NCBI GenBank assembly: GCA_032718475.1
Contig: JAUCBJ010005024.1
Span: forward strand, 1-40,318
Length of the DNA stretch: 40,318 nt
From: Nemertoderma westbladi
Taxonomy: Eukaryota; Animalia; Xenacoelomorpha
Reading direction: 5' to 3'
In this document: piece after piece, positions 10,541 through 20,895 of the stretch
Layout of the letters: the number at the start of each line of letters is the position of its first letter
Numbering within the stretch: the stretch's first letter is position 1
Notes under the pieces: generated by a model
What the model saw: the letters and a program-made list of their open reading frames with translations, nothing else
What the model was told of the DNA's origin: nothing
Database searches by the model: none
Program-made: the position numbers and the translations under genes

Positions 10541-12778
10541 TTAGTCTTTCTTGCGCGGACGGTGTTTACGCAGTTTTTTAAGGCTAGCAAGAGTCCTTTT
10601 CTCTTTGGGGCGAGCCACTTTACAAGGAGGGCTATAACTCCTGGGTGAAGGGTGCAATATGATTGCATCAGAAGGTATGGGATTACGATCGGTATATCCG
10701 CCGGTCGAAGTACCGGGTTGATTGACATCAACGTCCGGGGAGAGGGGTCTAACGGCTTTGAGAGCTCGTTTCAAGACAGCCGCTCTTACGGGTCCTTTAC
10801 GAGTGGTCTGAACGAGGGCCGTGGGTGGACCATAGGCAGTTAGAAACTTCCTTGGTTTAATGGTTCTTTCCAACTCGCGTTCGTGGGCTCGGTACTCGTA
10901 AGGCCGTCGATATACTTCCTGTAACTCGGGGTGTGAGTTGACAAATAAGTCTCCATAGGCAGGATCTTGACGGATAAAGTTTATTAAGTTGTAAGAATTG
11001 ATGTCACTCGGATTAATGCTCCTGAGAAATTTGCGTACATATTTGGTTGAAATACATTCTCCAACGCGCTTCAGTAGTTCATAACTTGATAGGCGTGATT
11101 TCTGCTCGACGGAGGCAAACAAATAAGGATGGAACGCATAAACTCCTTCGTAAGCGCGTCCAGGGTAATAGCGATGGCGTGAATCACAATGTAAATCAGC
11201 GTTCGCTTCCCAAGCTCTGATATAACGTAGTACAATCATTTCATCTACGCTCTCTAAATCATGATTAAAGGGACAATCAAAGCTGGCGTGTCCTTTTAAT
11301 TGACAATGATGGCATTGAGTCATAAATTGGGGGCAGACAGCAAAAATGTGCAAATTATTAAGCCGACAATATGCACAATAGATTTCCATCGACGGTTGCT
11401 CGTGGAAATAGGAACAGAGATCGTTGGTGTCCATAGACGTAATATGGTCTCTCGATGCGCACAGCCGACAACGTTGTCGAGAAACATAATTGGCATGGCG
11501 ATAATCATACGCAGTAAGACACTGTGGACCTTGATACCATTCCAATATGTAGTCGCTATCGCTACTCCGAGACGTGGGGGGCTGAATCTCTTCAGATTCT
11601 AAACATATGGGTTCGTCTTCCCCTTGTATAGTTGAGGTAGGCATGGCCGTCTCCTCAAGTGGACCTACCGTCTGAATTTCCACGACCGAATAACCTGTGG
11701 GGATTCGAGGTCTTTGGATAACAGAGGAGTGCATGTTTATTATACAAATGTCTTTGAAAATAGCAAATCCAGCGCTATCTAACTTCTCCGCAGCCGAGTC
11801 TCTTAAGCTGAGCTTGGTCAAAGCGCTGTCTTTGAATTGGCTATCCACGTTGCGAAACGGGGTTAAAAACCGTCGGAAACATTCAAAGCGGATGAATTTA
11901 TTATGTTCATCTAGCTTAGCGAGTTTGGTCCCAAGGATTAATGGATGGGCGCGTATAGTACGACTGCACACATCGGCTAGCCAACCGGAAAGTGCGGTGT
12001 TTTCGAAGATCGTGTAGATAGCTAAGGAGGGACGGAGTGGAACACTCATGAAGCTATACACGGCGCCAGGTGCGGTCAACGGTCTGTCAAAGTATAATCG
12101 AGAATAATGGTCTCCGTATACTTGTTGATAGTTGATGGGATTTCCGACCTTGAAATTCCATCCGTATTCCTGAAAGGCAAGATGTCCGATGGAAGTTCGT
12201 TGCACCTTTGTAATGTTGCTAGACGCATTAGCATACATGGTGCGAAAGAAACCTCGGCCTTCGGCCCAAGGAGCTATCAGCTGAGTATCCACGAAAGGAT
12301 AGGGGATATTTTCCATATTCCGAAAGTCGTTTTGGAGATCTCCGTAAACAGCTGAGCCGATTTTAATGATTCTTTCGTTGAATAACATCTCGAGAACGGG
12401 CTGGGGTAACATCGATCCATCGATACCCATGGCCGGTTTGCGTTCGGTGTCAATGACGTAACGCTGCGCGAGTTCGAATTGTCCATGTCGGAGATTCTTT
12501 TGCGTTTCGGTGAGAGTTTCAAAGGAATAATCGATCACGTCGGAACACGCTCGCGTAAACACGTGAGTGGAACCAGCTAATCCGCGTATGTGTATCATGC
12601 GCGTAGTTCCTAATTCTCCGATTGGAACGCTACCTTCGTTATCGTAAGTAACAACGCCATACATCTCAATGATATTAAGAGTTTCATTCCACTCTTTGGT
12701 GGCGTTCTCGAGGGTCATCCCTACTGGATGCCACAAGGTGGCGCATTGATTAGCGTCAGGGAGATCACTATACTTCAT
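10541..12778 (-). CDS. Retrotransposon accessory protein: DEDDy 3'-5' exonuclease-like domain (WRN-exo/EXD/Mut-7/RNase D type), three CCHC-type zinc knuckles and a basic tail
   Basis: ExoI VVTYDNEG; ExoII LPQPVLEMLFNERIIKIGSAVYGD; FVDTQLIA; SIGHLA; ExoIII-like PLRPSLAIYTIFE. Knuckles CRLCASRDH..C, CAYCRLNNLHIFAVC and CHHCQLKGHASFDC. First ATG at 12778 (the ORF track starts at GTG 12802). Confidence 0.75.
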   Translation of the reverse strand: MKYSDLPDANQCATLWHPVGMTLENATKEWNETLNIIEMYGVVTYDNEGSVPIGELGTTRMIHIRGLAGSTHVFTRACSDVIDYSFETLTETQKNLRHGQFELAQRYVIDTERKPAMGIDGSMLPQPVLEMLFNERIIKIGSAVYGDLQNDFRNMENIPYPFVDTQLIAPWAEGRGFFRTMYANASSNITKVQRTSIGHLAFQEYGWNFKVGNPINYQQVYGDHYSRLYFDRPLTAPGAVYSFMSVPLRPSLAIYTIFENTALSGWLADVCSRTIRAHPLILGTKLAKLDEHNKFIRFECFRRFLTPFRNVDSQFKDSALTKLSLRDSAAEKLDSAGFAIFKDICIINMHSSVIQRPRIPTGYSVVEIQTVGPLEETAMPTSTIQGEDEPICLESEEIQPPTSRSSDSDYILEWYQGPQCLTAYDYRHANYVSRQRCRLCASRDHITSMDTNDLCSYFHEQPSMEIYCAYCRLNNLHIFAVCPQFMTQCHHCQLKGHASFDCPFNHDLESVDEMIVLRYIRAWEANADLHCDSRHRYYPGRAYEGVYAFHPYLFASVEQKSRLSSYELLKRVGECISTKYVRKFLRSINPSDINSYNLINFIRQDPAYGDLFVNSHPELQEVYRRPYEYRAHERELERTIKPRKFLTAYGPPTALVQTTRKGPVRAAVLKRALKAVRPLSPDVDVNQPGTSTGGYTDRNPIPSDAIILHPSPRSYSPPCKVARPKEKRTLASLKKLRKHRPRKKD

Positions 12779-13068
12779 GTATCGAGTGGTATACGTCTCC
12801 ACATTTCCATATCATGTAAATCGGTAGGATGGCCGGTAGTTAAGAAGTCCATATACATACCATTACGATTCGTATAGCGAGCGGTGAATTTTCTATAGTC
12901 CAATTCACGCGTAAGTTGTTCCTGGGACATCGGCGGTTCGATATAACGACCATCGTCCTCCGTAATAGTCGGATCGGCTTCACCGCGTATCAAGCTATCC
13001 ACAAACGCTTGTAAAGGTAGAGTATATCGCTCTCTAATACCAAGGTCATCTTCTATCAATTCCGTCAT
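12775..13068 (-). CDS. 97-aa upstream ORF whose TGA overlaps the exonuclease ATG (ATGA); unknown function or a frameshifted N-terminus
   Basis: Open frame from ATG 13068 to TGA 12777-12775; the ATG of the next ORF is at 12778-12776. Confidence 0.5.
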   Translation of the reverse strand: MTELIEDDLGIRERYTLPLQAFVDSLIRGEADPTITEDDGRYIEPPMSQEQLTRELDYRKFTARYTNRNGMYMDFLTTGHPTDLHDMEMWRRIPLDT

Positions 13069-14261
13069 ATCTGCTATCTGAGTTTATTAATATCAGTATG
13101 AGTTAATATTTAGGCAAGCGGGCGTCGCTGCCTACTAGGCTTTGCCCCCGGACAGTGGGTTTCTCAGCGCCGATGTACCGTTGTCGCGGTGTTTACACCA
13201 ACATGTAGCAACAGCACGACAACGATAACCGGCACAAGTCCCACCACTGTCCGTCCCAAAGGCTTGAATCCACTTGAGGTTATCTCGGTAGAGTTAGGGC
13301 TACTTTACAATTGCGATTAGCTACTGTAAACACACTTTAGTAGTAACATTCACCTATAAACGCACAAATTCCATACAATCATTACTTACTGCACACATGC
13401 ATGCCATTTGTCCGTTAATCAGTGTCTTCCAGAATGTCACGTTATTACTATGTACCCTTGGATACTAATAGTGCGCTATGTATACTCTTATGCTACGCAA
13501 TGGGGCAAGCTTTTTATTGTTCCTTTAACTTGCTTCTAATTCTAGCGTGGGTGTTGCCATGGTGACATTATGGAAAACTAGCGGTAGAATTAGGGTAATT
13601 CTCATGCATACAGATCTGGGATGCTATTTAATAGTAATTCTTTAATTGTCAATATCCTCTTTATGCATGATTTTATAAATTTTATCGGCTATTGACTATA
13701 TGTTGGAGATTCTCGCACTCTAGTACACTCAATATGAATCTCCGCTCCCATGATCTATTAATTACTGGAATTTTGGGAATGTTATAAATTGCACAAAATG
13801 ACAATTTATGAAATTCATTTGAATATGAATTTAAATTTATTCCCGTGAATTTTATTATTTGATGTTAAATTGACACAAATTTTATTCCAGAGCATATCTG
13901 GGGACTTAGGATCCTTAATTCTATAAAATAGTCCTCCTAAGAATATCGGTAAATACTGCGATATCTTAATTGACTAGAAATTTTAAAGGATCGGGATTTT
14001 ACAGGTTTTAATAAATATTAAATTAATATTTAGGATGAGCACCGATTTATTCCAGAACTTGTCTGGGGACGTTAACCACTGATTCTAGAATTTGTCTTTC
14101 AAGTATATCGGTGGGTGCCACGATATCTTAATCGACTAGAATTACAGATGGTCAAAAAGTTTAACAGATTTATTTGCGATTTACGCTACTGTTAGAGGGA
14201 CATCACGCTACTATATGTATTATTTAATATAAGGTAGAAGAGCAATATCACACGAAGCAAT

Positions 14262-14425
14262 GTCAGTGTGAAGAGGCAAGTCGTTTCCAAGGTCTACCCA
14301 GAGCTTGGTTTAGCCGAGACACGAGGATCTGAACTTTGCATTCCTAATACTCTGCCTACCAATAATACTTAAATATAGTAGTGGCTTTATTGTACTTTAA
14401 TAAGTACTGACATGTCATCTTACTA
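14262..14425 (-). pseudogene. Eroded remnant of a BEL/Pao integrase C-terminal (DUF5641-like) region
   Basis: Broken minus-strand frames give VLIK...LVGRVLG and CKVQILVSRLNQALGRPWKRLA, resembling VLxK...WPLGRV...VxV...RPxxKL, with stops and a frameshift. Confidence 0.35.
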
Positions 14426-14693
14426 TAGTCTCGCATTTATAATATAATACGGACAGTAAGGAAAGAGAAAAATAATTATTTCTTGCCGTCGCACTAAATA
14501 TATATTATAAGTAATTACGTACGTAATAAACACTAATATATTGCACTAATCTACTAAATAATCGCTAAAATAACATTCTACTAAATAAAATTAAAGAAAA
14601 CGATTATAATAAAATTACGTAATAATACATACATAAATATAAAATAAAAAACAAATATAAAATGATATAGTCACACACCCACTCCATATGTTA

Positions 14694-17600
14694 TTACGTT
14701 ATGGAGTCCCTAGATATTTGTCGGATTAGGGAAGTGGTCGTAGGAAGAGTATCTTGCCTTCCATAGTTTCCGGACAGTTTCCGGTTTCTTTCCCGTAAAC
14801 ATAAACGACCAGCTGGGTGATTGGGTTGTCGTGTTACTTTCTCCGCTCCCTTGGCCTGTCTACTCTCCGCCGTGGTAAGATGAGGAGGCCGTTCATCTTC
14901 TTCTTTACTTAAGAAGTCGGATCCACCTAACCAGCCTGGAGTATCTATCAGTTCTTGAGGAGTTGCTCCTCTGGGATCGATGTCGGCTGGATTAATTGTC
15001 CCAAGGCAATGTCTCCGTTGATCTACATTGGAGTTAATATCGTCATTATCTGAGGAGTATGGTGTTCCCTCAGTTAGTTCGTCCACCTCACTGCTTTCCA
15101 CTTCCCAATCGTTTACTTGATATATTTGTTCGTGTGGCATTCTCTCTTCGAGAGTTCTACGGGAAGGGCCAGTAAAGTACCAACCTACTCTAGTTCTTAC
15201 CGCATAGGTTTGCAGTGGCTGTGGTTGAGCAGGCCGTTTCTCTAATGTTTCGAGCGCCTCGTGCGCGTTTTGGCCGATGAGTATTTGCACTCCAGGGTAA
15301 TCTGTCTGGAATCGAGGTATCTTAAGATGTTGGATGCTCTCATCCTCGTCCCAATTATAAAGGTCTGCTTGAGTAGTAGCAAAGTTCTTTATAGCCACCA
15401 TTTTTACTGACCTTATACCTTGTGTTCCTAACTTATCCTGGGGGGTGGACAACACACCTACATAGTAATCTGCCGTTAGGGTAGATTTCCAAACCTGCAT
15501 AATTCCTGACATATTCAATTTAGTCCGGAACTTGGGTTGTCCAGCAAAGATATCTTCGGCTAGTTCTTGATCGATGAATGTTCCTGTGCTGCCGGAGTCA
15601 AGGAGGGCGTTCACTATGTAGCTTTTGTTAAGACCGTGAACTCTTACTTGAACTACAGGAAATTCTCTGATTCCTACGTTGGAAGCTGGAGCTTTCCAAG
15701 ATGGTTGTTTGGCGAAAGTAGTTGGGGGAAACTCGTCGTTGATGTCCTTTTCGTAAGTAAGTGCTCGATACACTGCGGTATTTATTAGATAACAGGATTC
15801 ATTGGCGTCGGAGAATTCGTCAGTATAGAATCCTTCCATCTCAGACTCTTGATCAGTGTCGTTTACGTCACTAAATTGGACATGTAGTTCGGGCTCACTT
15901 ACCTGACTCAGTTTGTCTCGTTCGAACTCACTGTGTAACAAGATGTGATGTCTCGCGCCACACTTTGCACACTTTATGTCGGAGTAACAGGTTCGCCGTT
16001 GGTGTCCTGATCTGAGGCAATTATAGCATAACCGCTTATTCCACAGGACTGTACGTCTGTCTACAAGGGATTTCTTTAGAAATTCAGCACACGCACTCAA
16101 ACGGTGGGGCCCGTCGCACAGCGCACATTTTGGTTTGATGTTACTCACCTTAACTTGGTTAACGTTCTGCACTCTCGTTCTTTCTTTGGGCTTTCTTCCG
16201 TGAATTCTCTTAGGAGACGTAGGAGGAGTTGTTGTTACCTGTTCTCTCCTGTCACTGGTTCGAGACTTGTATTTACTTACGTCTTTATAGGTCTTGTTGT
16301 CATAGTAAGATTTTGCTGTGTCTTTCCCGCTGTCCTCTTCTTGAGAAGCTTGGCTTTCGCCGTCGTCAGTATAACACACTGGTATTATCCTTCTCCTAGA
16401 AACGGGTTTCTCACTTACCTTATTTTCCGATGTTTTCTCTCTGGACTGCCTTATGAGTTGTAATTTTACTTCACTATCTAAGAAGGACATGAGATCAGCC
16501 ATGGTAGGGCTTCGTCGTTGTTGTTCATTCATGTACAACACCTTTTTGTCCCAGCGTGTACATACTCCACCCTTGGGTAAAGTAGAGACTACGGCTCCAA
16601 TAACCATGGAACTCTGATATTCATGAGACTTACCTAACCAGTCCAATTGTCTACAGATCTCTTGAATTTCATCGGAAAACTCTATAATCCCGCTACTAAG
16701 GAAGTGTCGGGGGGCTACTAATTTTGCATACAAATACTTAGCTATGTTATCCTTGTTACCATACCTGATGTTTAATGTATCCCAAACTTGTCTTAATCCA
16801 TCTGGATGTCCAATAAACTTTAACGCCATTAACTTGGGAGGTCCTTCCAAGCACTTGATGAGGAATCTAAGTTTCTCTCCATTAGATAATACAGAGTTCT
16901 GTATGCTATCTTTGTAATATTCGTTGAAAGGTAACCATTTCATCTCATCTCCATTGAATTTGACGATCTCTCCCACTTTGACCGCTTGGCGGGCTTCTGT
17001 TCTAGCCATCTGACGCGTAAAGCTTTCTTGGGCCATCATGTTATTTAATATCGAATTATCGGTATATAAATTTCTCGGATCATTATCAGGTCTATAGGGA
17101 ATATCATTAATAACAGGTCTATAATCACCCTTAATAGGGTTTGCTATAGGAGTTTCAACTTCACTAGCCGTATAGATGCGTGTAGGCTCCACACCTTGCG
17201 CATGTAATACTTCAGACCTAACAGGTTGACACAATGTTACAGGGGGTATTGGTATGCCCTTTTGTATATTGACTAATTTGTCGCGTTCTAGCGCGATACT
17301 TTGCTGCACTTCTTGCAACTCTGCTCTACCTTCCCTCACTGTTCCCTTAAGTTGGTGGACAGTCTCCTGCATCTGTCCTAGCAGGAGATTCATCCCCCGC
17401 CGTCCCTCTTCCACCCACTCAACCGCCGAAGCGGGAGTCGCCAACATAGTAGCGGGCTGACGCGGGACGATGGGAGACAAATTTTTGATTTCTCTCTCTG
17501 CTATCTGGACAGGGATATTCTCTTGGACTGTTCCACCGGGTACAGGCAGTGTAGTACTATGTAAAGGGAACTTAGAGTTAAGCTCTGGAAGTACAGGGGT

Positions 17601-19337
17601 CTCTAACACAGAAGTGACTTTGGGAACAACAGGCCTAATTATTTCAGGCTCATCAACTATTGTAGGGAGTCTTTTAACCTTAATACTTTGGGCTGTAGGT
17701 TCTACACTACTCAAGTCTGTGCTAGCTAGCTGTCTTCTAACAGCTGGGGGCAAATCAGGCAATTTGCGACGGTAAGATGTTTTTCTACGCCTACTTAGAT
17801 GAGATCTATTTCCTCCGCCTTCAGGATCGGTGGTCTCGCCTTCCTCCGAGGATGTGTATCCCTGGCGCTTGGGAGTATATTTTCTCATCATCTGCATTTG
17901 ATTAGCAGTAAACTGTTTATTTATACTGTCTTGCGTCTCTTGCAGATTTTCCAACTCCAGTTGGATAGTCTCCTCAGAAGCTCTCCGTTCTGCTTCTGCC
18001 ACTGCTGCTTTTCTTTCTGCTTCTGCTTCTGCCGCCTTTCTTTCGGCTTCTGCTTCTGCTTCTGCCGCCTTTCTTTCGGCTTCTGCTTTTGCCGACTTTC
18101 TTTCGGCTTTTGCTTCTGCCGCCTTTCTTTCGGCTTCTGCTTCTGCCGCCGCTGCTGCTGCCACCTTTCTTTTCTCTATCCATTCTTTCTTTACTTGTTC
18201 TTCTCGGACTCTAGTGAGGCGGAGTTTTTCATCACATTCAGCTTGGTTTGCAGCTAACATTTCGGCATCGATTGAGTCCAACACAAGCTTGGTTCCTTCA
18301 CTATTAGGGGAAAGTCCAGACAGCCGTCTCCTCAACTCTTCGTCTCCTAGGAATCGCTGATAGTCGGACAAATAAATGTCGATAGCGTCTCTAGTTCGCG
18401 GCTTCTCGGCGGTCTCTTCGCTTTCCGCTTGAGAAAGGGTGACATCAGTTTGTTCTTCATGGGGTGATCTCTCAGCCAGCTGGGATTTCCACTGGGCCGT
18501 TTCCTGTACTTTGAGATCTACCCGATGTAACCAAGTTTTGACAGCAACCTGCAGCGACGTGTCCTGTCTTCTTTTGGAAGTTTCCTCAAAGGCTGAGAGG
18601 ATTAGTCGTATGCGTAGGGTTCTTTCGCGTATTTGGTATAGCAGCTCTTCCTGCTCTTGAGGTCCTTGAGGTTGTCGAAACAGTTGTTCTTCCAATCGCT
18701 CCAAGGAGCCGAAGAATCCCTGCACATATCCTGCTGCCGACCTCTTCCAAACAGCTGGATCCATTGTATCTTTAGCCACTCCCATCCTGTGTATATCTTC
18801 CCAAGTAGCCTCGGACAGATCCAACGGGAGTCCGAGTCCGGGAAAGTTCCATTGTGACTCGACAATAGACATCAATTCTTCCCTGGCGTATCCCGCATAA
18901 TTATCTTGGGTCGCTCGCTTATTTCTCGCCCAGTCGGCTTGATGTTCCTCCACCGCAATGAATATAGTAGTTAGCACTGCAGCAGGAAGGGTGAGAAGGG
19001 GGTCCGAGTAGACTGTAGCAGCCATCTGCACTCCGCGTTCGGGGGTCAGCTCTACAGTATCCGAACTACTGGAGCTATCGGGTCGCTGGGAAGTAGGTTC
19101 TTGACCAAGATGTTGCTGCGATAGGACAACTGTCTCTTGGTTCCGTTTGACCTGTGCCCGAGTGCCTATGATGGACCTATGGTGGATTAGCCTAGGGTCT
19201 GATACTACCGGAGGGATGACCTTTCTTGCAGTAGGAGGTGAGCTGAACTCCTTTCTTAATCGCTCCACACTCCTATCTGTGTCACAGATGGTTGTATCGA
19301 TCAGACTGTCTGACAGGTTTTGCTGAGTGTCAGACAT
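14694..19337 (-). CDS. gag-pro: BEL/Pao Gag-protease polyprotein (1547 aa), lacking RT and integrase
   Basis: DUF1759-like KFNGDEMKWLPF...EKLRFLIKCLEG. Triple knuckle CALCDGPH..C / CYNCLRSGH..C / CAKCGARHHILLH. Protease ALLDSGSTGTFI, ILIGQ, TRVGWYFTG. RNase H C-terminal remnant RHCLGTINPADIDPRG...WLGGSDFL. No YxDD motif. Confidence 0.93.
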   Translation of the reverse strand: MSDTQQNLSDSLIDTTICDTDRSVERLRKEFSSPPTARKVIPPVVSDPRLIHHRSIIGTRAQVKRNQETVVLSQQHLGQEPTSQRPDSSSSSDTVELTPERGVQMAATVYSDPLLTLPAAVLTTIFIAVEEHQADWARNKRATQDNYAGYAREELMSIVESQWNFPGLGLPLDLSEATWEDIHRMGVAKDTMDPAVWKRSAAGYVQGFFGSLERLEEQLFRQPQGPQEQEELLYQIRERTLRIRLILSAFEETSKRRQDTSLQVAVKTWLHRVDLKVQETAQWKSQLAERSPHEEQTDVTLSQAESEETAEKPRTRDAIDIYLSDYQRFLGDEELRRRLSGLSPNSEGTKLVLDSIDAEMLAANQAECDEKLRLTRVREEQVKKEWIEKRKVAAAAAAEAEAERKAAEAKAERKSAKAEAERKAAEAEAEAERKAAEAEAERKAAVAEAERRASEETIQLELENLQETQDSINKQFTANQMQMMRKYTPKRQGYTSSEEGETTDPEGGGNRSHLSRRRKTSYRRKLPDLPPAVRRQLASTDLSSVEPTAQSIKVKRLPTIVDEPEIIRPVVPKVTSVLETPVLPELNSKFPLHSTTLPVPGGTVQENIPVQIAEREIKNLSPIVPRQPATMLATPASAVEWVEEGRRGMNLLLGQMQETVHQLKGTVREGRAELQEVQQSIALERDKLVNIQKGIPIPPVTLCQPVRSEVLHAQGVEPTRIYTASEVETPIANPIKGDYRPVINDIPYRPDNDPRNLYTDNSILNNMMAQESFTRQMARTEARQAVKVGEIVKFNGDEMKWLPFNEYYKDSIQNSVLSNGEKLRFLIKCLEGPPKLMALKFIGHPDGLRQVWDTLNIRYGNKDNIAKYLYAKLVAPRHFLSSGIIEFSDEIQEICRQLDWLGKSHEYQSSMVIGAVVSTLPKGGVCTRWDKKVLYMNEQQRRSPTMADLMSFLDSEVKLQLIRQSREKTSENKVSEKPVSRRRIIPVCYTDDGESQASQEEDSGKDTAKSYYDNKTYKDVSKYKSRTSDRREQVTTTPPTSPKRIHGRKPKERTRVQNVNQVKVSNIKPKCALCDGPHRLSACAEFLKKSLVDRRTVLWNKRLCYNCLRSGHQRRTCYSDIKCAKCGARHHILLHSEFERDKLSQVSEPELHVQFSDVNDTDQESEMEGFYTDEFSDANESCYLINTAVYRALTYEKDINDEFPPTTFAKQPSWKAPASNVGIREFPVVQVRVHGLNKSYIVNALLDSGSTGTFIDQELAEDIFAGQPKFRTKLNMSGIMQVWKSTLTADYYVGVLSTPQDKLGTQGIRSVKMVAIKNFATTQADLYNWDEDESIQHLKIPRFQTDYPGVQILIGQNAHEALETLEKRPAQPQPLQTYAVRTRVGWYFTGPSRRTLEERMPHEQIYQVNDWEVESSEVDELTEGTPYSSDNDDINSNVDQRRHCLGTINPADIDPRGATPQELIDTPGWLGGSDFLSKEEDERPPHLTTAESRQAKGAEKVTRQPNHPAGRLCLRERNRKLSGNYGRQDTLPTTTSLIRQISRDSIT
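17985..18160 (-). repeat. Coding tandem repeat in the Gag coiled coil (EAEAERKAA)n
   Basis: About six 27-33 nt imperfect units of GCAGAAGCCGAAAGAAAGGCG. Confidence 0.9.
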
Positions 19338-20761
19338 GTTTAGCTATACAGTTGAATGTCTACTACTATAGTTTCAGTTAAAGCAAGTCTAGTAATTCAG
19401 TATGACCGCAAGCCTAGCGATTTATTACCGATACCGTTACTCGGTGTAACGTGATATATATACAATATATTAGAATACCGGTATGCTTATAATATATATA
19501 AGTATTATTACAGACTAGATTTGTCACAGAGTACCGGTATATAATTTTAGCACAAATATATATAAATATATAATAGGCCTATAGTGAATACCGGTATACA
19601 GCTTACACTTATAGTATATATAAGTATAATTATGAACTAGAATTAATTACAGAATACCGGTATGATTTCAGCTCAAATTTATAGAAATAAATATAATAAG
19701 CCTATGGTAAGTACCGGTATGTCAATTATTTTTAGAATAATTGAATTTCTGAATATTTTAGGGTTACTTGGTTACTTTAACTTACTTTATTACCGTTATT
19801 TAAGCAGTAGTCCAACTGATATTGAGACCTAGTTGTTGTATGGCAGGCCTACTATTTATAAATCGTTTGAGTTGATTTATAATAGATATATACCCGTTTA
19901 AATGGGTTTTTTCAATATTTGAAATAAATGTTATTATTTCTGGGGGGTCACTACACAGAAGCTGTGCGCTCTCAGTGAAGTGCTATTTATTTGACACTAA
20001 AACTGATAATTCTAATTTACTTAAGTTACTTAATACTACAAATTACTTACGATATGGGTGAGATTAATTCTCTAATTAAACACAACAAAAATATTACGTA
20101 CGAAATTTTTAGGGTAATTTTACAGGAAGTCTACAAACCAGCCTAACAAAGGGTTAGGTTTCTGGTTATTACAACAGACAGGGTACTACGGTATTTGAAA
20201 ATAATAAGTAGTAGTAAATATACTGTACTGTCCAGATAGGAAAATACCACCGCCTGACGACCTATAACCGTATCGCTATAGGTACTACGTTATGTATCAC
20301 ATAGTTGAGTAATAACTATTACGGTACCTGAACAGACCACACAAACAAACACAGGCTAAAACACTGGCAGACTACGATCAAGCCTAAATAAACTACAGTA
20401 TATGCAGATTCTGAAATAGTTAGTTAGTATGCGTTCTAACACGGTAGTACGACTTATTCTTTAAGAGGGGATTGACCTTACAGCATATGGCTGCCCCAAC
20501 TTACTAACGGCACTTTATCAGACAAACTCTACACACGCCGTAATCTCTCCAAACCCAACAACAGTCAGACAGCAGCTCAGCCTACAATTATCTGAACAAT
20601 CTGAGCAGGGTCACACGCCTTCTGCTCAATATTAGCCTACTAGGAAATAAAACCGACAGAAATAAGTAAAATCTCAATAAAAATTCAGGGCTGCAGTCCC
20701 TGATTAAGTACTAAGACCTACCGGTATACACTAATCAAATTCGAATAATACTAATGTACTG

Positions 20762-20895
20762 ATACAGCAGTACCGGTTAGGACAGTTGGGCCTACAGACC
20801 TACAGAAGTACCGGTTCTGGCAGTTGGACCTACGGACCTACAGCAGTACCGGTTCTGGCAGTTGGGCCTACTGACCTACAGAAGTACCGGTTCAG
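20762..20895. repeat. 38-bp tandem repeat (about 3.5 copies) in the retrotransposon leader
   Basis: ACAG(C/A)AGTACCGGTTCTGGCAGTTGG(G/A)CCTAC..ACCT repeated. Confidence 0.85.

Noticed and set aside
10541-12802. Env/glycoprotein or Nanos identity for the accessory ORF
   Set aside because: No signal peptide or transmembrane helix is present, and the CCHC spacings do not match the Nanos C-x2-C-x12-H-x10-C pattern.
15567-18865. Short antisense and alternative-frame ORFs over gag
   Set aside because: Shadow frames of the long gag ORF and its repeat.
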